From positions 161-64,160 of the forward strand of contig DATLZO010000019.1 of assembly GCA_035573955.1 (NCBI GenBank): 64,000 nucleotides of DNA. Reading direction: 5' to 3'. This stretch comes from Minisyncoccota bacterium (GTDB taxonomy: Bacteria; Patescibacteriota; Minisyncoccia; UBA6257; GWB1-50-10). Below the pieces are notes generated by a model. That model did not search any database. It was not told the DNA's origin and was given only the letters and a program-made list of their open reading frames with translations. The translations under genes were made by a program, and so were the position numbers. Of the stretch, positions 27,157 through 36,645 are shown in pieces (within the stretch, counting starts at the first letter, position 1; every line of letters begins with the position of its first letter).

Positions 27157-28140
27157 ATGCCTCAAACTCCTAAAAAACTTCGGGTGGCGGTTTTGATGGG
27201 CGGGCCTTCGGCCGAGCATGAGGTTTCCTTAAAAAGCGGCAAAATGGTTTTGGATGCCCTGCCGCGCGATAAATACGAAGTAAAAAAAGTTTTTATAGAC
27301 AAAGATGGCGTCTGGGAAATTCCTCCATCCGAGTTGAAGAAGAACGTAGATGCCGTGTTTATTGCCCTTCACGGGACCTACGGTGAGGACGGTGTCGTCC
27401 AAGACATTTTGGATGCGGAAGGGATTCCATATACTGGTTCCGGCGCGAAAGAGAGCGCGCTTTCCATGAACAAATATCTCCTGACACGGCTTCTGAAAGA
27501 GGAAGGGTTCAGTGTCCCGCGGACGGAACTCGTCACCGTCGCCGACTGGCGCATGAAGCCTTCTGAAATTATCCATAAGATAAGGCACTATTTCGGTTAT
27601 CCGATAGTCGTGAAACCGAACCAGAACGGCTCTTCAGTCGGCGTTTCCATTGTGAGGGGAGAGGAAGGTTTAACTGGTGCTTTTAACGAGGCGTTCCGGG
27701 TTGGCCGCGAGGCGCTTGTCCAGGAATTCATCGTTGGCCGAGAAATGACCTGCGGTGTTATCGATTCCGGTTTCGTAGGGAGCGAGTTCGCTCTTTTACC
27801 TACAGAAATAGTGCCGAGAGTGAGCGACTTCTTTGATTATCGTGCAAAATACGAACCCGGCGCCTCCGATGAGATAACGCCGCCGGATTGCCCTGGCCAT
27901 ATTCAAAAAAAGATCCAGAACACAGCAAAATCGGTTCATAAGCTCGCCGGTTGCCGCGGTTTTTCCCGCGTTGATATGATCCTCGCGAAGAACAGCGAGA
28001 TATTTGTTCTGGAGATAAACACTATTCCGGGGCTCACGGAGCAAAGCTTACTGCCCAAAGCGGCTCTCGCTTCCGGCATCGCCTTTCCGGAACTTCTCAG
28101 CAGAATTGTTTCCGCCGCTTTCATTACTGTGAAAATCTGA
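27157..28140 (+). CDS. ddl: D-alanine--D-alanine ligase
   Basis: LRVAVLMGGPSAEHEVSLKSG, IALHGTYGEDGVVQDILDAEGIPYTGSG, ATP-grasp C-terminus. Confidence 0.9.
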   Translation: MPQTPKKLRVAVLMGGPSAEHEVSLKSGKMVLDALPRDKYEVKKVFIDKDGVWEIPPSELKKNVDAVFIALHGTYGEDGVVQDILDAEGIPYTGSGAKESALSMNKYLLTRLLKEEGFSVPRTELVTVADWRMKPSEIIHKIRHYFGYPIVVKPNQNGSSVGVSIVRGEEGLTGAFNEAFRVGREALVQEFIVGREMTCGVIDSGFVGSEFALLPTEIVPRVSDFFDYRAKYEPGASDEITPPDCPGHIQKKIQNTAKSVHKLAGCRGFSRVDMILAKNSEIFVLEINTIPGLTEQSLLPKAALASGIAFPELLSRIVSAAFITVKI

Positions 28141-28141
28141 C

Positions 28142-28783
28142 GTGACTCTTGAACGTCTCATAAAGGAACTTATCCGCGACGGCTATCTCAAATCGCCGGC
28201 CGTGATAGAAGCATTTGAAAAAGTGAAGCGCGCCGATTTCATTCCCGAAAAAGCAAAGGAGATGGCTTACGAGAACATTCCGCTTCCTATCGGCCACGGT
28301 CAGACTATTTCTCAACCATTAACCGTTGCCTTTATGCTGGAACTTTTGGAACCTAAGAAGGGGGAGAAAGTTTTGGACATTGGTGCCGGAAGCGGCTGGC
28401 AGACGGCGCTCATATCCCACCTCGTGGGTGATAGCGGGAAAGTAGTTGCCATCGAACGGATACCTGAACTGCGGGCGATGGCGGAGGAAAACGTGACTAA
28501 ATATGGTTTTACGAAGGATATCGCGAAAATAGTTCTTGCCGACGGTTCGAAAGGCTATCCGGACGAGGCGCCCTACGACAAGATTGTGGCCGCCGCTTAC
28601 GTGAAGCGGATTCCGGAGGCCTGGAAGGAACAACTGAAGATAGGCGGACGGATAGTCGCCCCGGTTGGAGAGGAAATAACTGTTCTCGACAAAACGGGGC
28701 CTAATACTTTCGAAAAGAAGCAATTTTTTGCCTTTCTTTTCGTCCCTTTAGTCGAGGGAACGGTTGGGGATAGCACTTCTTGA
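28142..28783 (+). CDS. pcm: protein-L-isoaspartate O-methyltransferase
   Basis: IGHGQTISQPLTVAFMLELL, VLDIGAGSGWQTA SAM motif; GTG start. Confidence 0.87.
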   Translation: MTLERLIKELIRDGYLKSPAVIEAFEKVKRADFIPEKAKEMAYENIPLPIGHGQTISQPLTVAFMLELLEPKKGEKVLDIGAGSGWQTALISHLVGDSGKVVAIERIPELRAMAEENVTKYGFTKDIAKIVLADGSKGYPDEAPYDKIVAAAYVKRIPEAWKEQLKIGGRIVAPVGEEITVLDKTGPNTFEKKQFFAFLFVPLVEGTVGDSTS

Positions 28784-28885
28784 CATATCGGGTTTTTTGC
28801 CCTATATTTTCGATTACTCAGGATGAATATCAAAAGCAAATACCACGGCGGGACGCCATTGCTACTCTAGCCATTTTGTCATGGT

Positions 28886-28912
28886 CATCCGCCGCGGACG
28901 GCGGATTTTTAA
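28886..28912 (+). terminator. rho-independent terminator
   Basis: TCCGCCG-CGGA-CGGCGGA followed by TTTTT. Confidence 0.5.
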
Positions 28913-29570
28913 TTAAAGTCCGACGGATTTCATCCTCGAGCGCCACTTGATAATTTCAAATTGGGCAAGAAGATGAACTTTTTTACAAGTTCAGGGTCTT
29001 CTAGTTAAAGTAATCGAGCAGAGATAAATTACTCAACAGAGTAAGTTACTCAAATTAAGGGTGGATGGTGGATGCCTAGACACCGAACGGCGAAGAAGGA
29101 CGTGGCGTAGCTGCGATAAGTCTCGGGGAGGTGCGTAGCAACCTTTGATCCGGGAATGTCCGAATGGGGAAACCTGGTAGAGCAAACCTCTATCACTTCA
29201 ACGCAAGTTGAAGAGCGTACCCAGGGAACTGAAACATCTAAGTACCTGGAGGAGCAAAGAACAATAGTTTATTCCGCAAGTAGCGGCGAGCGAAAACGGA
29301 AGAGCCTAAACTGAGCTTTCGACGCAAGTCGGACGCTCAGGGTTGAAAGAGTGAGAACGTCTTTCGAGCTTGAAAGCTTTGAGCTTGAAAGGAGAAGTTA
29401 CAAATCCATTGGTTAGTTGAATCCGCTGGAAAGCGGAGCCATAGTGCGTGATAGCCGCGTAAACGAAAACCAGTGGACTTCTCAGTTTTTATTTCTTAAG
29501 TACCGCGAGGCCAACTAACCTTGTGGGAATCCGGGAGTACTGTCTCCTAAGGCTAAATACGTTCGGCGAT

Positions 29571-29607
<37 letters not shown>

Positions 29608-29672
29608 CAGCCCGGTTAGGGCGGTGAAATAGTACCTGAAACCATCCACTTACAAGGAACAGGAGCTTTATC

Positions 29673-29836
29673 GCTATCGCTCAAAGTTCCTAAATTCTAA
29701 GCACGAAATCCAAAATTCTAAATAAATTCTAAACTCCAATGTTCAAGATTCAAAACGTTTTGAACATTTGGATTTTAGTGATTGGAGTTTGTTTAGGATT
29801 TAGAAATTAGAAATTAGGATTTGGAAACTTCGAGCG
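29673..29836 (+). other. AT-rich hairpin insertion (IVS-like) at the 23S helix-25 site
   Basis: ~160 nt imperfect palindrome of TTCTAAA/TTTAGAA-type repeats between GGAGC and the conserved GAGTGACTGTGTGCC. Confidence 0.6.
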
Positions 29837-30526
29837 GTAGCGAGGAGTGACTGTGTGCCTATTGAAGAATGAGCCAACGAGTTTACGTACGCTGCAAAGT
29901 CTAAGCCCCCTCGGGGGTGGAGGCGCAGCGAAAGCGAGTCTTAATAGGGCGAATTTAATCAGTAACACAAGCCTTTTAAGAGGATTGTGTTACCGGTTAA
30001 TAAGCAACGTGCGTAAGACCCGAAACCAGACGAGCTTGCCCTGGCCAGGATGAACTCCCGCGAAAGCGGGAGGGAGGTCCGCACCGGTGAGTCGTGCAAC
30101 GCTCTCGGATGAGCTGGGGTAAGGAGTGAAAAGCTAATCGAGTTTGGTAATAGCTGGTTCTCTCCGAAATAGTTTTCGGACTAGCCTCATATGTTTCCTT
30201 TTGGAGGTAGAGCACTGGAAGATGCGAACAGGGCGCAAGCTCGTCGCATCTATCAAACTCCGAATGCCAAAGGGTAAAAGTATGGGAGTCAGACTGTGGG
30301 GGCTAAGCTCCATGGTCGCGAGGGGAAGAGCCCAGATCGCCGTCTAAGGTCCCAAAGTTCGTACTAAGTGTCAAAGGTAGTTCGTGTCCACAAACAGATA
30401 GGAGGTTGGCTTAGAGGTAGCCATCCTTTAAAGAGTGTGTAACAACTCACTATTCGAGGACGCGGGCGCCAAAAATTTACCGGGGCTCAAGTACGACACC
30501 GAAGACGCGGGCCGTTGCGGAGCAAC

Positions 30527-30645
30527 GGAAATCCTAAATCCAAAATCCTAATTTCTAAACAAATCCCAAATCTCAAAATCCAAAACTTTTTTGAGTTTGG
30601 AATATTTGAATTTGTTTAGGATTTAGAGATTAGAATTTAGAGTTT
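30527..30645 (+). other. AT-rich hairpin insertion (IVS-like) at the 23S helix-45 site, homologous to the helix-25 insertion
   Basis: flanked by GGAAA/TTTCC; shares TTTGTTTAGGATTTAGA(A/G)ATTAGAA with the 29673-29836 insertion. Confidence 0.6.
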
Positions 30646-32048
30646 CCGTCGCTTCGCGACGGCGGTAGGAGAGCATTCCTTGTGCTGCGAAGTCCGATCC
30701 GTGAGGGCGGATGGAGCGCAAGGAAGAGAGAATGTTGGCATGAGTAATCAGCAAAGCGCGTGAAAAACGCGCTCCCCGCAAATCCAAGGTTTCCTCCGCA
30801 ACGCAAATCGACGGAGGGTTAGGCGGCCCTAAGGCGATGGCGAAAGCCGCAGCCGAAGGAGTGCCGGTTAATATTCCGGCCCACCATGCATTTTCGATGG
30901 GGTGACGGAACGCAGTAAGTTCGGTGCCTTAATGGTTTGGCATCCTTGACCGAGAGTGAATTCCAGGGAAATCCGGAATTCTGTCTTCAATGACGAACTT
31001 CAGGGTAGAGGCGAGGCGAGGTTTTTACCTTGCCAAGCGGACCGAGCGCGTTTCCTAGAAAAACCTCTAAGGTTAAAGTGCATAGTTCCGTACCGTAAAC
31101 CGCCACTGGTGGATGAGGCGAGTAGCCTAAGGGGAACGAGTGATTTCTCGCTAAGGAACTCGGCAAAAAAGCTAGGCGTAACTTCGGGATAAGCCTTGCC
31201 TGCCGCAAGGCAGGCCGCAGCTAAAGTTTCTCTGGCGACTGTTTACCAAAAACACAGCTCCCTGCGAACTCGCAAGAGGATGTATAGGGGGTGACACCTG
31301 ACCGATGCGAGAAGGTTAACGGCGGGGACGTTGCGCAGCAATGTGCAAGGTTCACTGCCCGAAGCCCTCGTCAATGTCAGCGGTAACTATAACCGTTCTA
31401 AGGTAGCGCAATTCCTTTCCGGGTAAGTTCCGGAGCGCACGAAAGGTGTAACGACTGGAGAACTGTCTCAGCGAGAAGCTCGATGAAAATGCGATACCCG
31501 TGAAGACGCGGGTTACCGGCAGCAAGACGAAAAGACCCCGGAAGCTTTACTGCAGTTTGGTATTGTTATTAACGTTTGGATGCGTAGCGTAGTGGTGAGC
31601 CTTCGAAGCCGGGATTTCGGTTCCGGTGGAGGCGACAATGAAACAGCCATCTTTCAAGTGTTAATATCTAACCTCTAGGGCCAAAAACCTAGAGGGACAG
31701 TGCCTGACGGGCAGTTTAAATGGGGCATTTTCCTCCTAAAAAGTAACGGAGGAGTCTATTAAGGTCAGCTTGGCGCGGATGGAAATCGCGCCGGACGTGC
31801 AAAGGCATAAGCTGGCTTGACTGCAAGGCTGACAAGCCGCGCAGGCGCGAAAGCGGAGCTTAGCGACCCGACCATTCTTTATAGAAAGATGGGAGACAAC
31901 GGCTAAAAGTTACTCCGGGGATAACAGGCTAGTCTGGTCCGAGAGTCCCTATCGACGACCAGGTTCGGCACCTCGATGTCGGCTCATCACATCCCGGGGC
32001 TGGAGAAGGTCCCAAGGGTTTGGCTGTTCGCCAATTAAAGTGATACGT

Positions 32049-32089
<41 letters not shown>

Positions 32090-32127
32090 TGTTGTCGGCG
32101 TTAATGCTTGAGGGAAGTCGTCCCTAG

Positions 32128-32892
32128 TAAACGACAAATTGCTACTTCACGAAGTAATTCGTGATGACAAAGCGGCTAATAACGGTGGAATCTTAATATT
32201 TGATTATCACCATCGGTCTTGGTGATAATTTACTTGAGGACCAAGAGATGTTAAGATAATACCGTGGGAAGTCGGTCTAACATTCACTATGCGTACATTG
32301 CGGGTTTCCTCGATGGTGACGGAAGCCTCATGTTGCAGGTGAAGAAACGCAAAGAAGGGAAATTGAAACGGCGTTTCATGTTCACGATTTGTTTTTATTA
32401 AGACAGTCGTCATGAACGTCCGCTTTTCTGGATTCGTAGAGTGCTCGGCATTGGTTATATTTCCCGTCGGAATGACGGTATAACCGAGCTGCGCATCAAC
32501 GGTTACAAACAAGCTGCGAGAATATTAAGGGAACTACTGCCGTTTCTAAAATTCAAGAAGCGGCAGGCGGAGGCAATATACAGCGCGGCAAAGCTTTTAG
32601 CGCAAAAGGCGCGAAAAAGATTAACGCGGCAGGAATTGCAGCGGCTTGTGAACTGGATCCTTGTAGTTCAAAAAGAAAACTACGTTACCAGAAAAAAGAA
32701 AACGAAAGCTGATTTCTTGAAGATGTTAGATTTGACCCCGTAACGACTTGTTCCGGATGGCAAGTCCGGACGGAGTTGGAAAATGCGAAGCTATCATTTT
32801 TCAGCTAATACGCCGCCTCCAAGCCCCGGTTTTGAGAAAACTGGAGCTGGATGAAGATATAGTCTACGCACGTAGTGATACGTGGTTACGTG
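32128..32892 (+). mobile_element. group I intron in 23S domain VI, splitting CCUAGU^ACGAGAGGACC at the sarcin-ricin loop
   Basis: exon sequences rejoin to the conserved SRL; intron ends in G; GATATAGTC P7-like core; contains the LAGLIDADG ORF. Confidence 0.7.
32264..32743 (+). pseudogene. intron-encoded single-motif LAGLIDADG homing endonuclease (I-CreI-like) with an in-frame TAA at 32399-32401
   Basis: YIAGFLDGDGS motif; GIGYI...LPFLKFKKRQAEA aligns to I-CreI; the stop falls where I-CreI has Gln (CAA to TAA). Confidence 0.65.
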
Positions 32893-32971
32893 ACGAGAGG
32901 ACCGGGATGAACGAACCTCTGGTCTACGAGCTCTACCACCAGGTGGAATGCTCGGTAGCTATGTTCGGACG

Positions 32972-33005
<34 letters not shown>

Positions 33006-33049
33006 CTCCCAAGATTAGGCGGAGCGTCCTCTGTACAAATTCCGCGATT

Positions 33050-33290
33050 ATTGGCCAGAAAGATTTTTTATATCTGGCTAGGCGCGAGGAGTGATGTGTA
33101 GTCGAAGACTACATGAGCGACGAGCAACAACGCCAGAAGAAAAAAGATTCTGGCCCGTAGGGAAGCTCAAAATTAAGCGATCTCTGCGTTGCTCCTCCTC
33201 AATGTGGTTTTCGACCACACTTTCGTCGTCGCATCTTGAGCTCATCATAATTTTGAGCTTCCAATACATCGTGGCATTTGTGCAGAGGGC
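33050..33290 (+). other. ~230-nt expansion insertion near the 23S 3' end (helix ~98 region)
   Basis: between CATCTAAGCGCGAAGCCTCTCCCAAGATTAGG and GTGGAAGACTACCACGTTGATAGGCC, where E. coli has ~50 nt; several local hairpins. Confidence 0.45.
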
Positions 33291-33459
33291 GCCGGATTCG
33301 TGGAAGACTACCACGTTGATAGGCCATAGGTGTAAGCGCGGCAACGCGTTTAGCCGAGTGGTACTAATAAATCCGAATTCTCGATATCTTTAGCTTGAGG
33401 ACCCCGGACTTGTCAAAAAGCTCATCTTTAGTCCACTGATCGAGCACCAAGGTTTTTGT

Positions 33460-33574
33460 TTGCTGGTGTTTCACTCGCACGTGCTCCACCTCTTCCCATT
33501 CCGAACAGAGAAGTGAAAGCGTGCGAGCCTGATGATACTGCGCTTCGCGCGTGGGACAGTAGGGTATGCCAGCA
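33460..33574 (+). rRNA. 5S rRNA
   Basis: CCATTCCGAACAGAGAAGTGAAAGCGTGC...GGGACAGTAGGGTATGCCAGCA; ~80 nt after the 23S. Confidence 0.85.
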
Positions 33575-33611
33575 TACAAAAGCCCTGGTGCTTTTTGTTT
33601 GGAGCGGTTCC

Positions 33612-34889
33612 TTATCCCAGCCGGTCGTTTTGGATGAAAACCCGCAAGCCGTGGAGCCATATTTTAATTGCTTTCCACGGATTCATAATGGAAAGTAAAT
33701 AATTTAACTCCACAATGCCTTTGAAAAACCACGCGAGAAGTCCCGAGATCACCATCGGGCCGATTTTAGCGATCACGTATTTGCCGCCGACAGGAATGAT
33801 GTAGGGGTAATTCATAGGTTTGTAAACATATTGTTTTACCTTTTTCGTGAGGTAATTTTGCTTTTTGATATCTTCAATAATGTTTTTAGCAGCGATTTTA
33901 CCTTGGGTAATAGCGGCCCGGGCGATTTGGGGTACGGGCAGGTTTGTTTCAGGATTCAAAATGCAGGCAATGTCACCTATAGCGTAAATTTTGCTATGGA
34001 TTTTTAAATTAGCGTTCTCCGGCAGACATTCCAATCCACTCAAGATCTCTATACGTCCCCGTTTTTCTTTCTTCACGGGCATTTTCTCAGTAAGTGGTAT
34101 CGCTTTCACGCCGCCAGCCCAGACTAAAATGTCGTAGGCAATGCGCTCGCCGCTCGCAAGTATTATTTCTTTTTGAGTCACTTTGTCTACCCGCTCGTTC
34201 CGGATGAGAACGACGCCGATTTTTTTAAGGCGACGCTCCACTTTTTTCACCACCCGTTCGTCAAAACCCGGGAGGATATTCTCTGAACCCTCAATAATCA
34301 TTACGTCAAAATTACAAGATTTGTTTACTTCTTCCTTAAGTTCGCAAACCCATTCTTTAATTTCGCTTGCGAGTTCCACGCCGGTTGGGCCGCCCCCGCC
34401 GATTACCACTCGCAACCTCTCTTCGCCAGCCTCAACTTTGGACCAAATGGCGTCCCGCAGGCGGATGGCGTCCATGAAAGTTTTAAGAGGGAAAGCGTGG
34501 TCTTCCAGGCCAAACATGTTAAAATAGTTCGTTTCTGCTCCTAAGGCGACTATCAAATATTCAAACCTTATTTTTGACTGCTTTAAATGTACCAGTCCTT
34601 CCTGAACGTCAATATGGATAACATTATCGTTTGCGACTCTTATATTTTTGTTTTTGAAAAGCTCGGCAAAAGGAAAGCTCACCAGCGATTTCAGCTCAAT
34701 GTAATCAGCTAGATTTTTGGAAGTGGTCGCGACTTCATAAAGAAGGGGAGTAAAGGTATGGTAAGGTTCTTTATCCACCAGGATTATTTCGTAATCGTTC
34801 CATACTTGCAGGCGCTTCAATTTTTTCTCCAAGGTGAGCGCTGCTTGCACGCCGCCAAAACCGCCGCCTAAAATTACGATATTTTTCAT
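33612..34889 (-). CDS. ndh: type II NADH dehydrogenase (NDH-2)
   Basis: NIVILGGGFGGVQAA FAD motif, second GGGPTGVELA NAD(P) motif. Confidence 0.85.
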   Translation of the reverse strand: MKNIVILGGGFGGVQAALTLEKKLKRLQVWNDYEIILVDKEPYHTFTPLLYEVATTSKNLADYIELKSLVSFPFAELFKNKNIRVANDNVIHIDVQEGLVHLKQSKIRFEYLIVALGAETNYFNMFGLEDHAFPLKTFMDAIRLRDAIWSKVEAGEERLRVVIGGGGPTGVELASEIKEWVCELKEEVNKSCNFDVMIIEGSENILPGFDERVVKKVERRLKKIGVVLIRNERVDKVTQKEIILASGERIAYDILVWAGGVKAIPLTEKMPVKKEKRGRIEILSGLECLPENANLKIHSKIYAIGDIACILNPETNLPVPQIARAAITQGKIAAKNIIEDIKKQNYLTKKVKQYVYKPMNYPYIIPVGGKYVIAKIGPMVISGLLAWFFKGIVELNYLLSIMNPWKAIKIWLHGLRVFIQNDRLG

Positions 34890-34912
34890 AAATCAGGTTA
34901 TAATACCAACTA

Positions 34913-36022
34913 ATGCCTATTCATTATATCAGTCGGGGAAATTCTGAGAAATTCCGTGGCAGATCGGTCCTCTTACGGGTCGATTTAAACGTTGAGCCGG
35001 CGCCCGGGAGAATTACTTTCCGGCTCGCGTCGGTAATGCCCACCATACGTTTTTTACTTGCGCATGGTGCGCGTGTTGTGATTTTAAGTCATCGCGGCCG
35101 TCCTCGCGGCTACTCGAGGAAATTATCCATGCGCCCGTTTGTACCTATTCTGCAGAAAGAATTGCGGCAAAATATTGGATTTATAACGACTTTCAATCTT
35201 CCAAATAAAGGAAGAGTTTTCTTAGTGGAAAACCTGCGGTTTTGGCACGGTGAGGAAAAAAACGATGCGAATTTCGCCAAAAAACTGGCGCGTTTGGGAG
35301 ATTTTTATGTTAATGATGCTTTTGCCGTCTCGCACCGAAAAAACGCTTCGGTCGTTGCAATAACAAAATACTTGCCGTCCTACGCCGGCCTTTTGTTTGA
35401 AAGAGAAGTAAAAAATTTAGGTGGTATACTTAAATATACCACTAATCCCTTTGTCATAATTTTGGGCGGCAGCAAAGCCTCGGATAAGATTGGGATGATG
35501 AAGTATTTCTGGAATAAAGCCGACTATTTCCTGCTCGGCGGCGGGCCCGCGAACACTTTTTTTGCCGCAAAAGGCCTGCCGATAGGTGATTCGCTTATTG
35601 ACCGAGGTTCGATTTCACAAGTATTGAGACTAATTCGTAAGGAAATCGAGCCTCGCAAAATTGTTCTTCCCGTCGACGTGAAGATAAAAGACAGAAAGAT
35701 TCTGGATATCGGCGACGGTACTACCCGTAAATATAGTATCCTTATTAGAAAGGCACGGACGATTATCTGGAACGGGCCGATGGGTCAGTTTGAAAAGCGG
35801 GGTTTCGGCGAGGGAACAGCAGCTATCTGGAAGGCGATTCTACGCAATAGTAAAGCCAAAATAATTGTCGGCGGCGGCGAAACCACTGCTTCATCTGACC
35901 TCATTTCTAATTTCTCATCTCTAATTTCTAGAAAGAAAAATCTTTTCCTTTCCACGGGCGGCGGCGCGATGTTGGAATTTTTATCCGGTAAAAAATTACC
36001 TGGAATTGAGGTGTTAAAATAA
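34913..36022 (+). CDS. pgk: phosphoglycerate kinase
   Basis: LLRVDLNVEP, VENLRFWHGEE, VNDAFAVSHRKNAS, IILGGSKASDKIG; carries an in-frame copy of the palindromic element at 35420. Confidence 0.9.
   Translation: MPIHYISRGNSEKFRGRSVLLRVDLNVEPAPGRITFRLASVMPTIRFLLAHGARVVILSHRGRPRGYSRKLSMRPFVPILQKELRQNIGFITTFNLPNKGRVFLVENLRFWHGEEKNDANFAKKLARLGDFYVNDAFAVSHRKNASVVAITKYLPSYAGLLFEREVKNLGGILKYTTNPFVIILGGSKASDKIGMMKYFWNKADYFLLGGGPANTFFAAKGLPIGDSLIDRGSISQVLRLIRKEIEPRKIVLPVDVKIKDRKILDIGDGTTRKYSILIRKARTIIWNGPMGQFEKRGFGEGTAAIWKAILRNSKAKIIVGGGETTASSDLISNFSSLISRKKNLFLSTGGGAMLEFLSGKKLPGIEVLK
35420..35443. repeat. copy of dispersed palindromic element GGTGGTATACTTAAATATACCAC, in-frame inside pgk (encodes GGILKYTT)
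   Basis: read directly; 23/24 identical to the murC copy. Confidence 0.4.
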
Positions 36023-36025
36023 ACT

Positions 36026-36517
36026 ATGTATCCTGAACAACCAAAATTTGAGCGTGAAATTACCACCGGTGAGCAACTAGAATTCATAGGGTCTGTTTTT
36101 GAAAAAGAAGCGCCAGTGTGGCTGATTGGTGGGTATGCAGAAGACGCCCTCTTATACGAGGGGGTTAGTTCAGGACATGGAGACGTGGATTTAGTGGCTC
36201 TACGGGACGATGAGAAACGACTAGAGGATTATTTTAGACAGAAAGGGTTTTCGGTTACGCCAATCGTAGAAGCTGGCTCAGAAAAGCCGCTTAAATTTTC
36301 CTTAGAGAGGGGTGGCGTGAAAGTCGATGTAGGATTTATAGATTATGATGAGACGAAAAAACAGCCATATGTAGATGTAGAAGGTCGAGAAAAAAGAAAA
36401 TTTAGAGTGTTTTTAGACAAAGACATGTTTAAGTATAATCCAACAAAGTTAGGTGACATTGAAGTAAAAACAGTTTCTCCACTTAGTATCATTCAGGTAC
36501 GAGAGGCTTTTTATTAA
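36026..36517 (+). CDS. minimal nucleotidyltransferase-fold protein (ANT(2'')/Lnu-like)
   Basis: WLIGGYAEDALL...GHGDVDLV resembles the ANT(2'') GG...D.D motif; 163 aa. Confidence 0.55.
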   Translation: MYPEQPKFEREITTGEQLEFIGSVFEKEAPVWLIGGYAEDALLYEGVSSGHGDVDLVALRDDEKRLEDYFRQKGFSVTPIVEAGSEKPLKFSLERGGVKVDVGFIDYDETKKQPYVDVEGREKRKFRVFLDKDMFKYNPTKLGDIEVKTVSPLSIIQVREAFY

Positions 36518-36645
36518 TCGGCCGTCAAGGTCGTGAGACAAGAGAAATTGATGTTCAAAAACAAGAGGCGTTGAAGGAAAAGTTTTTTTCTGATAAGAGT
36601 CCGGAAGCAGTTCAACCAGAAATTATTGAACTTAAATAAGTATTC

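Noticed and set aside
29673-30645. Possible CRISPR-like repeat arrays (TTCTAAAT/ATTTAGAA units) in two places
   Set aside because: They sit inside the 23S rRNA at the canonical helix-25 and helix-45 IVS sites. They are inverted (hairpin-forming) rather than direct repeats with spacers.
36518-36645. 48-codon open frame (…GRQGRETREIDVQKQEALKEKFFSDKSPEAVQPEIIELK) between the NTase and DHH genes
   Set aside because: There is no start codon or RBS. It is probably a gene remnant or chance frame. It is mentioned in a finding but not called as a feature.
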